In this document: one piece after another, positions 18,070 through 26,301 of the stretch
Layout: the number at the start of each line of letters is the position of its first letter
Numbering within the stretch: position 1 is the first letter of the stretch
Assembly (NCBI GenBank): GCA_964580255.1
Contig: CAZOJX010000001.1
Coordinates: 1-41,893, forward strand
Direction: 5' to 3'
Source: an uncultured Lachnoclostridium sp.
GTDB taxonomy: Bacteria > Bacillota > Clostridia > Lachnospirales > Lachnospiraceae
Length of the DNA: 41,893 bases
Made by a program: the position numbers and the translations under genes
The notes under the pieces: model-generated
The model's database searches: none
The model's input: only the letters and a program-made list of their open reading frames with translations
Told to the model about the DNA's origin: nothing

Positions 18070-19297
18070 TCTTTTTTTAAAACTTCTTTCCATTGGGCTT
18101 GCAGTGATCCTGTGGCTTGCGGTTGTCAATATCAGCGATGCCGAAGGAACGAAAACCTTTTCTAAAGAAGTAACTTTACTAAATACGGATATTATTACGG
18201 AAAACGGACAGGTGTTCCGTGTGGAAGATAACACCAATGTGGTGAAAGTAACTGTGCGTGCTAGAAAATCTGTGCTGGATAAGCTGCGTCAGGAGGATTT
18301 TATCCTGACTGCGGATATGAAAAAAGATCTGAAATATAACTATCTGGTTGGAATCAATGTGGAGTGCAGAAACAAAAGCATTTCGGTAGCAGAAGATGTA
18401 ACGCTGGACCGATACAATATCCAGGTCAGCGTGGAGGATTCTGCCACTGAGCAGTTCCCGGTGATTGTAAGATATATGGGAAAACCGGCAGATGGCATGG
18501 TTGTGGGAAGTCTTGTACCTGAGCAGACAGTGATCAAGATTACAGGTCCTGTTTCCATTGTGGAGCGGATCCGTCTGGTGGAAGCACTGGTCGATGTAAC
18601 CGGACTTCCGGGAAATACGGTGAAGACCTGTACGTTAAATCTTTATGACGGAGCTGACACTGTCATCGATACGACCTATCTGAACTTTGTAGGAAAGAGT
18701 GACGGCATTGACATTACGGTTTCGCTGCTGAATACCAAGACGGTACCGCTGAAATTCCAGTACAGCGGAACACCGGCAGAAAACTATGAAGTGACTGATA
18801 TCAGCTGTAAGCCGGAAACGGTAGATATTGCCGGAACCGCAGAGGTGCTTTCGGGAATTACCCGTCTGGAGATTCCGGGAAGTGCAGTAGATGTGGAAGG
18901 TATTGACGAGGAACTTCAGCTGGTTGTGGACATTACCGAATATCTCCCGTCAGGAATCATTTTGGAAGATGCTGAGAATGCGTCTGTGCTGGTAACCGTG
19001 GAAGTGACCTACGTGGAACCGGAGGAGGACGAAGAATCCGAAAAACCAGACAAGGATACAGACAAAGAAACTGACAAGGATACCGGGAAGGACAACGATA
19101 AAAATACAAATACGGACAAAAATCCTGTTGTGAAGCCGTCAGGTGGTTCTGAGGATAAGAAACCATCAGACAGTCAGACGGAAACGGACAATAAAACCGA
19201 TAAAAATGAGTCCGGCGGAACACAGGAAGATAAAAATAACACAAATCAAAGTGGAACGGAGAGTGGCGAGAGTGGTAAAACAGAAGGTAACAGTTAA
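18047..19297 (+). CDS. cdaR: CdaA regulatory protein CdaR (YbbR-domain protein) with a long low-complexity C-terminal tail
   Basis: 416 aa, overlapping cdaA by 23 nt. N-terminal signal anchor LFLKLLSIGLAVILWLAVVNI, followed by repeated beta-rich YbbR-like modules. It occupies the conserved position directly after cdaA. Confidence 0.78.
   Translation: MKLKLTDNLFLKLLSIGLAVILWLAVVNISDAEGTKTFSKEVTLLNTDIITENGQVFRVEDNTNVVKVTVRARKSVLDKLRQEDFILTADMKKDLKYNYLVGINVECRNKSISVAEDVTLDRYNIQVSVEDSATEQFPVIVRYMGKPADGMVVGSLVPEQTVIKITGPVSIVERIRLVEALVDVTGLPGNTVKTCTLNLYDGADTVIDTTYLNFVGKSDGIDITVSLLNTKTVPLKFQYSGTPAENYEVTDISCKPETVDIAGTAEVLSGITRLEIPGSAVDVEGIDEELQLVVDITEYLPSGIILEDAENASVLVTVEVTYVEPEEDEESEKPDKDTDKETDKDTGKDNDKNTNTDKNPVVKPSGGSEDKKPSDSQTETDNKTDKNESGGTQEDKNNTNQSGTESGESGKTEGNS
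19049..19120 (+). repeat. Six degenerate 12-nt tandem repeats inside the cdaR tail
   Basis: GACAAGGATACA / GACAAAGAAACT / GACAAGGATACC / GGGAAGGACAAC / GATAAAAATACA / AATACGGACAAA, encoding DKDT DKET DKDT GKDN DKNT NTDK. Confidence 0.8.
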
Positions 19298-19532
19298 TAA
19301 TCAGTCGGGTCTTCATTTGAGACCGGCAGGAATCTTATGCCGTACAGCCATGCAGTATAAATCTCACATTTCCTTTGCCCATGGCGATGTCAGTGCCAAT
19401 GCAAAGAGCGTGCTGAGTGTTCTCGGAGCCGGTGTGAAAACCGGTGATGAACTGGAAATTACATGTGAAGGTGTGGACGAACAGGAAGCCCTGGAGGCTA
19501 TGGTAAATCTGTTTGTGTCAGGATTGGAATAA
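19272..19532 (+). CDS. ptsH: Phosphocarrier protein HPr (canonical His15 and Ser46)
   Basis: GTG 19272 lies 8 nt after GGAGAG and gives 86 aa, with His at residue 15 (NQSGLHLRPAG) and Ser at 46 (ANAKSVLSVLGAGV). GTG 19263 is an alternative start. The 129-aa ORF-track version (19143) is a spurious extension across the cdaR tail. Confidence 0.78.
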   Translation: MVKQKVTVNNQSGLHLRPAGILCRTAMQYKSHISFAHGDVSANAKSVLSVLGAGVKTGDELEITCEGVDEQEALEAMVNLFVSGLE

Positions 19533-19535
19533 AAA

Positions 19536-22163
19536 ATGATAGAGAAGTTGAAAAAATACAGGAAATATGTCTTTTTGGCATATTTCCTGCTCTGCGTTGT
19601 GTGCTGTGCTGTAAAGATTGCCATACCGACAGAAACAACGGTCGGCGAGGGACTTGAAAATCTGGGAAGACGTCAGATCGTAGAGCGCAGTGCCTATTTA
19701 AACGAAGGCGATCGATTAACGTTTACATTGCCGGTAGAGTCAAAGAAACTGACATCTATTGGCTTTTATTTAAATACCGACCAGCTGGTGCTGGACGGAA
19801 AACTGAAAATCCAGGTGTTTGCCGGAGATTCCGGAAAACTTCTGACAGAGAGCAGTATCCTGTTAAATGAGATTGAGGTGGATCAGTTCGTACAGGTTTC
19901 GGTAGATCATTACACCGGTGAACAGGTGCAGGTGGAGCTGACGACAGAAGACTGTGCCCAGGGTCCACGATTCTGGCTCAATTCGACAACGGAAACCGGA
20001 GCTAAAAGCTGGTATAACGGAAAACAGCTTTCCTATCCGCTGGTGTACAATGCAGGATTTTCTGTGATGATCAGAGAGGTCAGATCAGCAGTTCTGACTG
20101 CTATGATGGCAGCCCTTTTTGGAGTTGTCGTGCTTCTGACGACCAGTGAGCAGAAAAAGGAAAAGAGAGGAAAGGGATCAGAAATTCTTCGGATCCTACA
20201 GAACTTTTATGAAAAATATCGTTTGGTGCTTGGAGCACTTCTGACGGTGAGCATCGTGGCAGTTCTGTTCTTTTATGTTTATGATACCCAGATCCGCATT
20301 GTCATGAATACGACAGAGCGGGAGCAGATCATTACGGCAGCAGAGCCGAAGGAACTGTTGTTTTCAAAAACAGAGGAAGCATTGGTACAGCGGGTAACCT
20401 GTGAGGAGGAAACGCTGACGGGACTTGGGGTGATGCTGTTTGTTCCGGAAGATGCAGAGAAAAAAGGAACCTTAAAGGGAACTGTAACTGATCTGACAAC
20501 AGGAGAAGTATTGTGTGAAAATGAGATGGATATGTCAGGAGCCATTGATGGAGAGTACATCAATTTCCTGTTTTCTCACGAGATTCGTGACTCAAAAGCA
20601 CACACCTTTGAAATCCGGCTGGTTCCGTCGGAAGAACTAAAAGGTACAGAGCTTGGAATTTATACAACCGAGCAGGGAGAACTGCTCACACAGGTACACA
20701 AATATTTTAACATTTTCCTGAAAAAATACTTTTTCTTTATGTTTGTGGCAGCCGAGCTTTTTGCAGTGCTGTTTTACTGGATGGTATTTATAAAGAAATG
20801 CAGGATTGAGACGACAGTGCTGGTAAGCCTGCTGTTCCTCGGTCTGATCTACAACTTTTTGCTGCTGCCGTATATGTCTCCGGACGAACGGACGCACATT
20901 GATATGACTTATCGATATAGCAATGATCTTCTGGGGATTGAATATACCGGAAGTGACATTACCATTGCAAAACGAATGGACGATACGAAGCTGAAGCTTA
21001 CGGAAACACCGACGCTGTCCAATTATTACACTGTCTACCATCATACGCTGGAGGGTGTACAGGACGACAGCCTGGTGGTGACCAATGCAACAGCCAATAC
21101 CTATGCGCCGCTCTTTGTTTATTTTCCGGCAGTGCTGGGTATGACGCTGGCAAGACTTTTAGGATTCGGAACGATTCCGATGCTGATGCTGGCAAGATGG
21201 TGCAATCTGGCATTTTTTGCGGTCTGTGTCTGGTGGTGCATGAAAAAGCTGCCTTTCGGCAAAATGCCGCTGGCGGTACTGGCATTGTTCCCGATGACCA
21301 TTCAGCAGTGCAATTCCTTTTCCTATGATGCAGTGATCATCAGTGTGCTGTTTTTATTCAGCACCTATATTATCAGCATGACCTACGAGGAAAAGCCGCT
21401 GAAAACTTCAGAGGTAGTTCTGGTGTCGGTGCTGTGTGCCTTATTGGTTTACGGAAAAAGCGGGGTATATCTGCCTCTTTGTCTGGCAGCCCTTTTGATT
21501 CCGACAAAAAAATTCGGAGCTCTTTGGAAAAAGATCGCAGCGGCAGGCTCTTTCATGGGAATTGCCCTGCTAAGCTATATTAACAGAAATTCCGGTACCG
21601 TAACTCAGGTGCTGGAGACTACGGCAGAAACCAGTGCTGTAGGGGCAACAGCAGGAAATGCCGTAGACATGGGCTATACAGTGGCATATTTTCTGCAGGA
21701 TCCATGGAAGCTGATCCAGATGCTTGCCAATACGGTGGCAGATAAAACGGAATTTTACCTGGAATCCATCATTGGACAGAAGATGGGCTGGGTGGAGATA
21801 GAGATCTCCCGAGTCGTATTTATTGGATTTTTGATCCTGTTTTTGATCTCCATGCTGAAGATCAGAGGAGAAAAACAGTATGTAACAGGCGGTCAGAAGT
21901 GGTGGATCTCCATCGTCTGCCTGTGCAGTGTGGGAATGATCCTGATGGGAATGCTGCTGACCTGGACACCGTACGGTTATGTATCGGTGGAAGGCGTGCA
22001 GGGAAGATATTTCACACCGCTGCTTTTGTTTGTCAGTCTGCTTGGAAGAAATCAGACCATTTTACTAAATAAAAATAAAGATCGGGCAATCTTCTGCGGG
22101 GCAGTCTGCCTCCAGCTCATTGCAGTGATCTATCTGATCAAAGCGCTGATCGTGGTATCCTAG
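19536..22163 (+). CDS. Large polytopic membrane protein, DUF2142-like (GT-C-like candidate) with an extended N-terminal region
   Basis: 875 aa. The C-terminal ~450 aa is multi-TM and opens with the loop motif YMSPDERTHIDMTYRYS (the PDE..H signature I associate with DUF2142). The N-terminal ~420 aa holds two soluble modules, each following a TM helix. Confidence 0.6.
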   Translation: MIEKLKKYRKYVFLAYFLLCVVCCAVKIAIPTETTVGEGLENLGRRQIVERSAYLNEGDRLTFTLPVESKKLTSIGFYLNTDQLVLDGKLKIQVFAGDSGKLLTESSILLNEIEVDQFVQVSVDHYTGEQVQVELTTEDCAQGPRFWLNSTTETGAKSWYNGKQLSYPLVYNAGFSVMIREVRSAVLTAMMAALFGVVVLLTTSEQKKEKRGKGSEILRILQNFYEKYRLVLGALLTVSIVAVLFFYVYDTQIRIVMNTTEREQIITAAEPKELLFSKTEEALVQRVTCEEETLTGLGVMLFVPEDAEKKGTLKGTVTDLTTGEVLCENEMDMSGAIDGEYINFLFSHEIRDSKAHTFEIRLVPSEELKGTELGIYTTEQGELLTQVHKYFNIFLKKYFFFMFVAAELFAVLFYWMVFIKKCRIETTVLVSLLFLGLIYNFLLLPYMSPDERTHIDMTYRYSNDLLGIEYTGSDITIAKRMDDTKLKLTETPTLSNYYTVYHHTLEGVQDDSLVVTNATANTYAPLFVYFPAVLGMTLARLLGFGTIPMLMLARWCNLAFFAVCVWWCMKKLPFGKMPLAVLALFPMTIQQCNSFSYDAVIISVLFLFSTYIISMTYEEKPLKTSEVVLVSVLCALLVYGKSGVYLPLCLAALLIPTKKFGALWKKIAAAGSFMGIALLSYINRNSGTVTQVLETTAETSAVGATAGNAVDMGYTVAYFLQDPWKLIQMLANTVADKTEFYLESIIGQKMGWVEIEISRVVFIGFLILFLISMLKIRGEKQYVTGGQKWWISIVCLCSVGMILMGMLLTWTPYGYVSVEGVQGRYFTPLLLFVSLLGRNQTILLNKNKDRAIFCGAVCLQLIAVIYLIKALIVVS

Positions 22164-22212
22164 AAATTTCCGGGAACCCATTCCGCTTTGGAATTACAGA
22201 AGGAGGATTTTT

Positions 22213-23742
22213 TTGGATAAGAAACGATTAGCGATCAATATGACGGCGCAGCTGGTCTCTTTTGTCGTGAATCTGGGTGTCAGCTTTGTTCTGACACCGA
22301 TCATTGATGCGATGCTGCCAAATACCATCGGTTTTGTCAATATGGCGAATCAGTTTGTGCAGTGGGCGCAGATCATTGTCTCAGCGTTAAATACGCTGGC
22401 GAGCCGTTATATTACCATTCATCTTCATAAAGGGGAAGAACAGGAAGCAAATGAATATTTTTCATCGGTATTCTTTGCCAATATGATCATGGCGGGAATC
22501 TTTCTGATTCCGGCACTGTTTGTTATTGTGTTTGTAGGAAGATTATTCCAGGTACCGCAGGCTTCCTTAACAGATGTTCAGATTCTGTTTGCCTTTGTAT
22601 TTCTGAACTTTTTTATCAGTATCATTACGTCGGTGTTCAGTGTGAGTACCTACAGCACCAACCGTCTGGAACTGACGTCCATCGTGACCATCGTGACAGA
22701 ACTGGTACGTGTGGGAATTCTTTATCTGACTTACCGTTTCTGTACCCCGTATCTGTTTTATGTGGGGATCGCATCGGTAGTCAGTACGGTGATCCTGGCC
22801 ATTGCCAATGCAGGCTTTACGAAAAAGCTTTTGCCGGGAATCAAGATCCGGCTGCAGAATTTCCGCTGGCCAAAGGTCATAGAACTGATCTCTTTGGGAG
22901 CATGGAATTCTGTGACCCGTTTGGGACAGATGCTGCTGGACGGACTGGATACTTTTATTTCGAATATTTTTATCGATGAAGCGGCTATGTCCCTGCTGGT
23001 TATGGCAAAGTATGTACCGACAACCCTTTCGGGCCTGATGGGTACCCTGGTAGGCGTGTTTGCGCCGAGTATTACCATCGCTTATGCCAAGGGAGACAAG
23101 CAGGAACTGATGGACGTTTTAAAAAGCTCCAACAGGATCATGATCTTTATGATGAGCATTCCGATCGCTTTTGTGACGGCATATGGGGATAAGTTTTTCA
23201 AACTCTGGCTTTGGTATAAGGATCCGGAAGAAGTACAGCTGATCTACCATCTGGCAGTGCTTTCCATGGGAGTTTTGTTTGTCAGTGCCAGCATTCAGGT
23301 GCTTTATCAGGTATTTATCATTACCAAAAAGATCAAGCTGAATTCCATTGTGATCGTAGCCAGCGGCGTGATCTCCACCGCATTGGTATTTGTCCTGCTG
23401 GAAAATACAGATCTGGGGCTATATGCCATTGCAGGAGTCAGTGTAGTTGTAGGTTTGATCCGAAATATGATCTTTACGCCGATCTATGCGGCAAAATGTC
23501 TGGAGGTCAAATGGACCACCTTTTATCATGACATTTTCCTGGGATTTGCGTCCATAGGAATGATCACGGCAGTTGCATTTGTAAGCAAATTGTTCCTGCC
23601 GATGGATCATTGGATCAGCTTTTTTGCGTCCGGCATTTTTATGGGTGTCGTTGCGCTGGGACTGAACTTTTTCATTGTGCTTGGAAAGAATGAGCGGGCA
23701 ATGGTGCTGGATAAACTTCAAAGTATGCTGCACCGCTCTTAA
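22213..23742 (+). CDS. Oligosaccharide/polysaccharide flippase, Wzx-like (MOP superfamily)
   Basis: 509 aa. TTG start lies 7 nt after AAGGAGG; ATG 22240 is an alternative. About 12-14 TM segments, with N-terminus AQLVSFVVNLGVSFVLTPII typical of polysaccharide biosynthesis flippases. Confidence 0.7.
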   Translation: MDKKRLAINMTAQLVSFVVNLGVSFVLTPIIDAMLPNTIGFVNMANQFVQWAQIIVSALNTLASRYITIHLHKGEEQEANEYFSSVFFANMIMAGIFLIPALFVIVFVGRLFQVPQASLTDVQILFAFVFLNFFISIITSVFSVSTYSTNRLELTSIVTIVTELVRVGILYLTYRFCTPYLFYVGIASVVSTVILAIANAGFTKKLLPGIKIRLQNFRWPKVIELISLGAWNSVTRLGQMLLDGLDTFISNIFIDEAAMSLLVMAKYVPTTLSGLMGTLVGVFAPSITIAYAKGDKQELMDVLKSSNRIMIFMMSIPIAFVTAYGDKFFKLWLWYKDPEEVQLIYHLAVLSMGVLFVSASIQVLYQVFIITKKIKLNSIVIVASGVISTALVFVLLENTDLGLYAIAGVSVVVGLIRNMIFTPIYAAKCLEVKWTTFYHDIFLGFASIGMITAVAFVSKLFLPMDHWISFFASGIFMGVVALGLNFFIVLGKNERAMVLDKLQSMLHRS

Positions 23743-23750
23743 GAGGAAAA

Positions 23751-24275
23751 ATGATGTTAGAGATTTACTGGCGGGTACTGGTATCCCTGCCGAAGGTTTT
23801 TTGGTGGAAAATAAAATATGCGGGAAAATGTACCCTTCCATGGATTCAGGCCTTTGGTCCGTCTACAGTGCTGAAAGTGAAAAACGGCACTGCACGCTTT
23901 GGAAAAGAGCAGATTACCAGAGGAAATGCAGTGTTTCGTGTGGAAGGCGGTCAGCTGAGTATCGGGGAAAAATGTTTTTTTAATCAGAATGTCAGCATTA
24001 CCTGCAAAAAGGAAATCGTGATCGGTGACCGATGCCAGATCGCCAACAATGTGGTGATCGTGGATCATGACCATGCAGGCTGTGAAAACTGGGGAAGCTA
24101 TGTGGAAACTCCGGTGCGGATCGGCAATGATGTGTGGATAGGAGCCGGCGCAGTGATCTTACGGGGAACAACCATCGGAGATCGTGCTGTGATCGGCGCA
24201 GGAAGTATTGTAAAAGGAAATGTTCCGGCAGGAAGTACATTTTATCAGAAAAGAGAGACGATAATCAAAGAATGA
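23751..24275 (+). CDS. Hexapeptide-repeat (left-handed beta-helix) O-acetyltransferase
   Basis: 174 aa. Hexapeptide repeats IGDRCQIANNVVIVDHDH and IGNDVWIGAGAVILRGTTIGDRAVIGAGSIVKGNVP. Confidence 0.78.
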   Translation: MMLEIYWRVLVSLPKVFWWKIKYAGKCTLPWIQAFGPSTVLKVKNGTARFGKEQITRGNAVFRVEGGQLSIGEKCFFNQNVSITCKKEIVIGDRCQIANNVVIVDHDHAGCENWGSYVETPVRIGNDVWIGAGAVILRGTTIGDRAVIGAGSIVKGNVPAGSTFYQKRETIIKE

Positions 24276-25288
24276 TCAGTATTATAGTACCGGTATATAA
24301 AAGTGAAAAAACATTGGCAGGCTGTTTGGAAAGTCTATTGGCACAGACTTATGGAGACATTGAGGTCATCTGTGTGGTGGACGGATCTCCGGATTCCTGT
24401 GGAGATATCTGTGATGCCTATGCAGAAAAGGACAGCAGGGTGAAGGTGATCAAACGGGAAAATGGCGGGGTATCCTCAGCCAGAAACAGAGGGATTGAGG
24501 AAGCTTCCGGTGAGTTTTTGATGTTTGTGGACAGCGATGATACGGTTTTGCCGGAATACTGTGAAAAAATGTGGAAAGCCCACAAAGAAAGCGATGCAGA
24601 ACTTGTAATTTGTGGATTTCATCACTGGTATGTAGGCAGAGATGTGGAAAAACGTCCTTCCAATCCGGGAATTTATAAAACCAGAGAAACAAAAGGCTAT
24701 GAAGCTCATTTTTTAAAGCTTTATCAGGAAGGCTTTTTCAATATGCCATGGAACAAGCTGTTTTGTAAGGAACTGGCAGGAAGATTTGATACTTCCCTGA
24801 GTCTGGGAGAAGATCTTTTGTTTAACATGGATTATCTGGAAAAATGTGAAAAGATTGCTGTGATCGGAGATCCTTTGATCAATTACATTCAGGAAGAAAA
24901 AGGAAATACCTTATCGACGAAAAAAAGAGAAAATAAACTGGAGCTTGCCAGACGGGTATTTAACCGGGTGCAGGCCTATGAGGAGAAAATCTCCGGCCAA
25001 AAAGAGACAAATCCTGTGATTGCGGGAAAATTTGTCATGGAATTTTTCGATGACTGTGAGCGCCTTCCTTTTGACCGGGAGATGCCGAAGGCAGAAAAAG
25101 TAGAGTCAATCCGAAGGCTTTCCAAAGATCCGGGATTTATGGAATGCTGTAAGATCGCAGAAGTCACCGTACTGGATTACCGGATCCTGCAGTGGTGCTT
25201 TGTGCATCGGTTGTGGTCTTTGATTTATCCGATCTGTGTTCTTAGAAAAGGTGTGGTAACAGCAGCGAGGTGGATATGGAAGCATTGA
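24272..25288 (+). CDS. Family 2 glycosyltransferase (GT-A fold)
   Basis: ATG 24272 overlaps the upstream stop (ATGA). N-terminus MISIIVPVYKSEKTL, then VVDGSPDSCGDICD and DxD motif FVDSDDTV. The ORF-track start 24134 is an out-of-context extension. Confidence 0.85.
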   Translation: MISIIVPVYKSEKTLAGCLESLLAQTYGDIEVICVVDGSPDSCGDICDAYAEKDSRVKVIKRENGGVSSARNRGIEEASGEFLMFVDSDDTVLPEYCEKMWKAHKESDAELVICGFHHWYVGRDVEKRPSNPGIYKTRETKGYEAHFLKLYQEGFFNMPWNKLFCKELAGRFDTSLSLGEDLLFNMDYLEKCEKIAVIGDPLINYIQEEKGNTLSTKKRENKLELARRVFNRVQAYEEKISGQKETNPVIAGKFVMEFFDDCERLPFDREMPKAEKVESIRRLSKDPGFMECCKIAEVTVLDYRILQWCFVHRLWSLIYPICVLRKGVVTAARWIWKH

Positions 25289-26274
25289 TCAGTGTGATCG
25301 TACCGGTCTATAAAGTAGAAGCTTATTTGGGAAGATGTGTGGAGTCGATCCTTGCACAGACCTACAAAAATATAGAAATTCTTTTGATTGATGACGGCTC
25401 ACCGGACAACTGTCCGCAGATGTGTGAGGCGTACGGAGAGAAGGATCCAAGGATCCGGGTGATCCATCAGGAAAATAGAGGGCTGTCCGGAGCCAGAAAT
25501 ACCGGAATCGACCATGCGAAGGGAGAATATCTCGCTTTTATTGACAGTGATGATAAATGGTCTCCTCATTTTTTAGAGAGCCTTTACCGGGCGATGAAGC
25601 TGTACGATGCCCAGATTAGCCAATGCCGCTGGGAATACATGCATGGGGACGAGATAAAGGAAGCCTATGATGCTTCTGCAAAGATTGTTTGCTGCAGCGG
25701 TCGGGAAATGCTGGGAAATCTGTTTATTCAGACCGGAGCGTATTATGTGGTAGCCTGGAATAAGCTTTATAAAAAGGAATTGTTTGAGGGAATCCGCTAT
25801 CCGGAGGGACGCATTCACGAGGACGAAGCCACCACTTACCGCTTATTTGACCGGGCAGAAAAATGTGTGCATGTGGACAACGCCCTTTACGGCTATTTTG
25901 TGGGAAGCGGCGGAACGAGCATTACAAGAAACGGATTTCAGTTAAAAAAGCTGGACTGGCGCACTGCAAATAAGGAGCGGGTACAGTATTTTATAGAAAA
26001 AGACTATCGGGAGTTGGTGGTGCCGGCCATCAAAGCCTGCAATGACGGAAGCATTGATCTTTACTATCAGTGCAAAAAATTTTGTCCGGAGGCAAAAGGA
26101 GAAATGCTGGAGATCCGTTATGGCGTGAGAAACAGCATTGGACTGATAAAGAAATACGGAATTCTGCCAAAACAGACCATGATCGGCTACCGACTGTTTG
26201 CTTCATTTCCGGAAATTTACGGAATTTTGATCAAATTTGTGGCTGACATGTCCAATGTGGAAAAATATTCCTAA
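25276..26274 (+). CDS. Family 2 glycosyltransferase (paralogue of the previous gene)
   Basis: MEALISVIVPVYKVEAYL, IDDGSPDNCPQMCE, and FIDSDDKW. GTG 25270 is an alternative start. Overlaps the upstream stop. Confidence 0.85.
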   Translation: MEALISVIVPVYKVEAYLGRCVESILAQTYKNIEILLIDDGSPDNCPQMCEAYGEKDPRIRVIHQENRGLSGARNTGIDHAKGEYLAFIDSDDKWSPHFLESLYRAMKLYDAQISQCRWEYMHGDEIKEAYDASAKIVCCSGREMLGNLFIQTGAYYVVAWNKLYKKELFEGIRYPEGRIHEDEATTYRLFDRAEKCVHVDNALYGYFVGSGGTSITRNGFQLKKLDWRTANKERVQYFIEKDYRELVVPAIKACNDGSIDLYYQCKKFCPEAKGEMLEIRYGVRNSIGLIKKYGILPKQTMIGYRLFASFPEIYGILIKFVADMSNVEKYS

Positions 26275-26301
26275 GGATGCTTTGAGTGGAGAGGAGAAAA
26301 T

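Noticed and set aside
19049-19120. Tandem 12-nt repeats considered as a possible CRISPR-like or VNTR element.
   Set aside because: The repeats are degenerate, in frame, and contiguous without spacers, and they encode a low-complexity protein tail. They are not a CRISPR array.
19143-19271. N-terminal 43-aa extension of the ptsH ORF (129-aa version in the ORF track).
   Set aside because: The extension is an Arg/Lys-rich read of the A-rich cdaR repeat tail in another frame. Starting at GTG 19272 gives the canonical 86-aa HPr with His at residue 15, and an SD 8 nt upstream.
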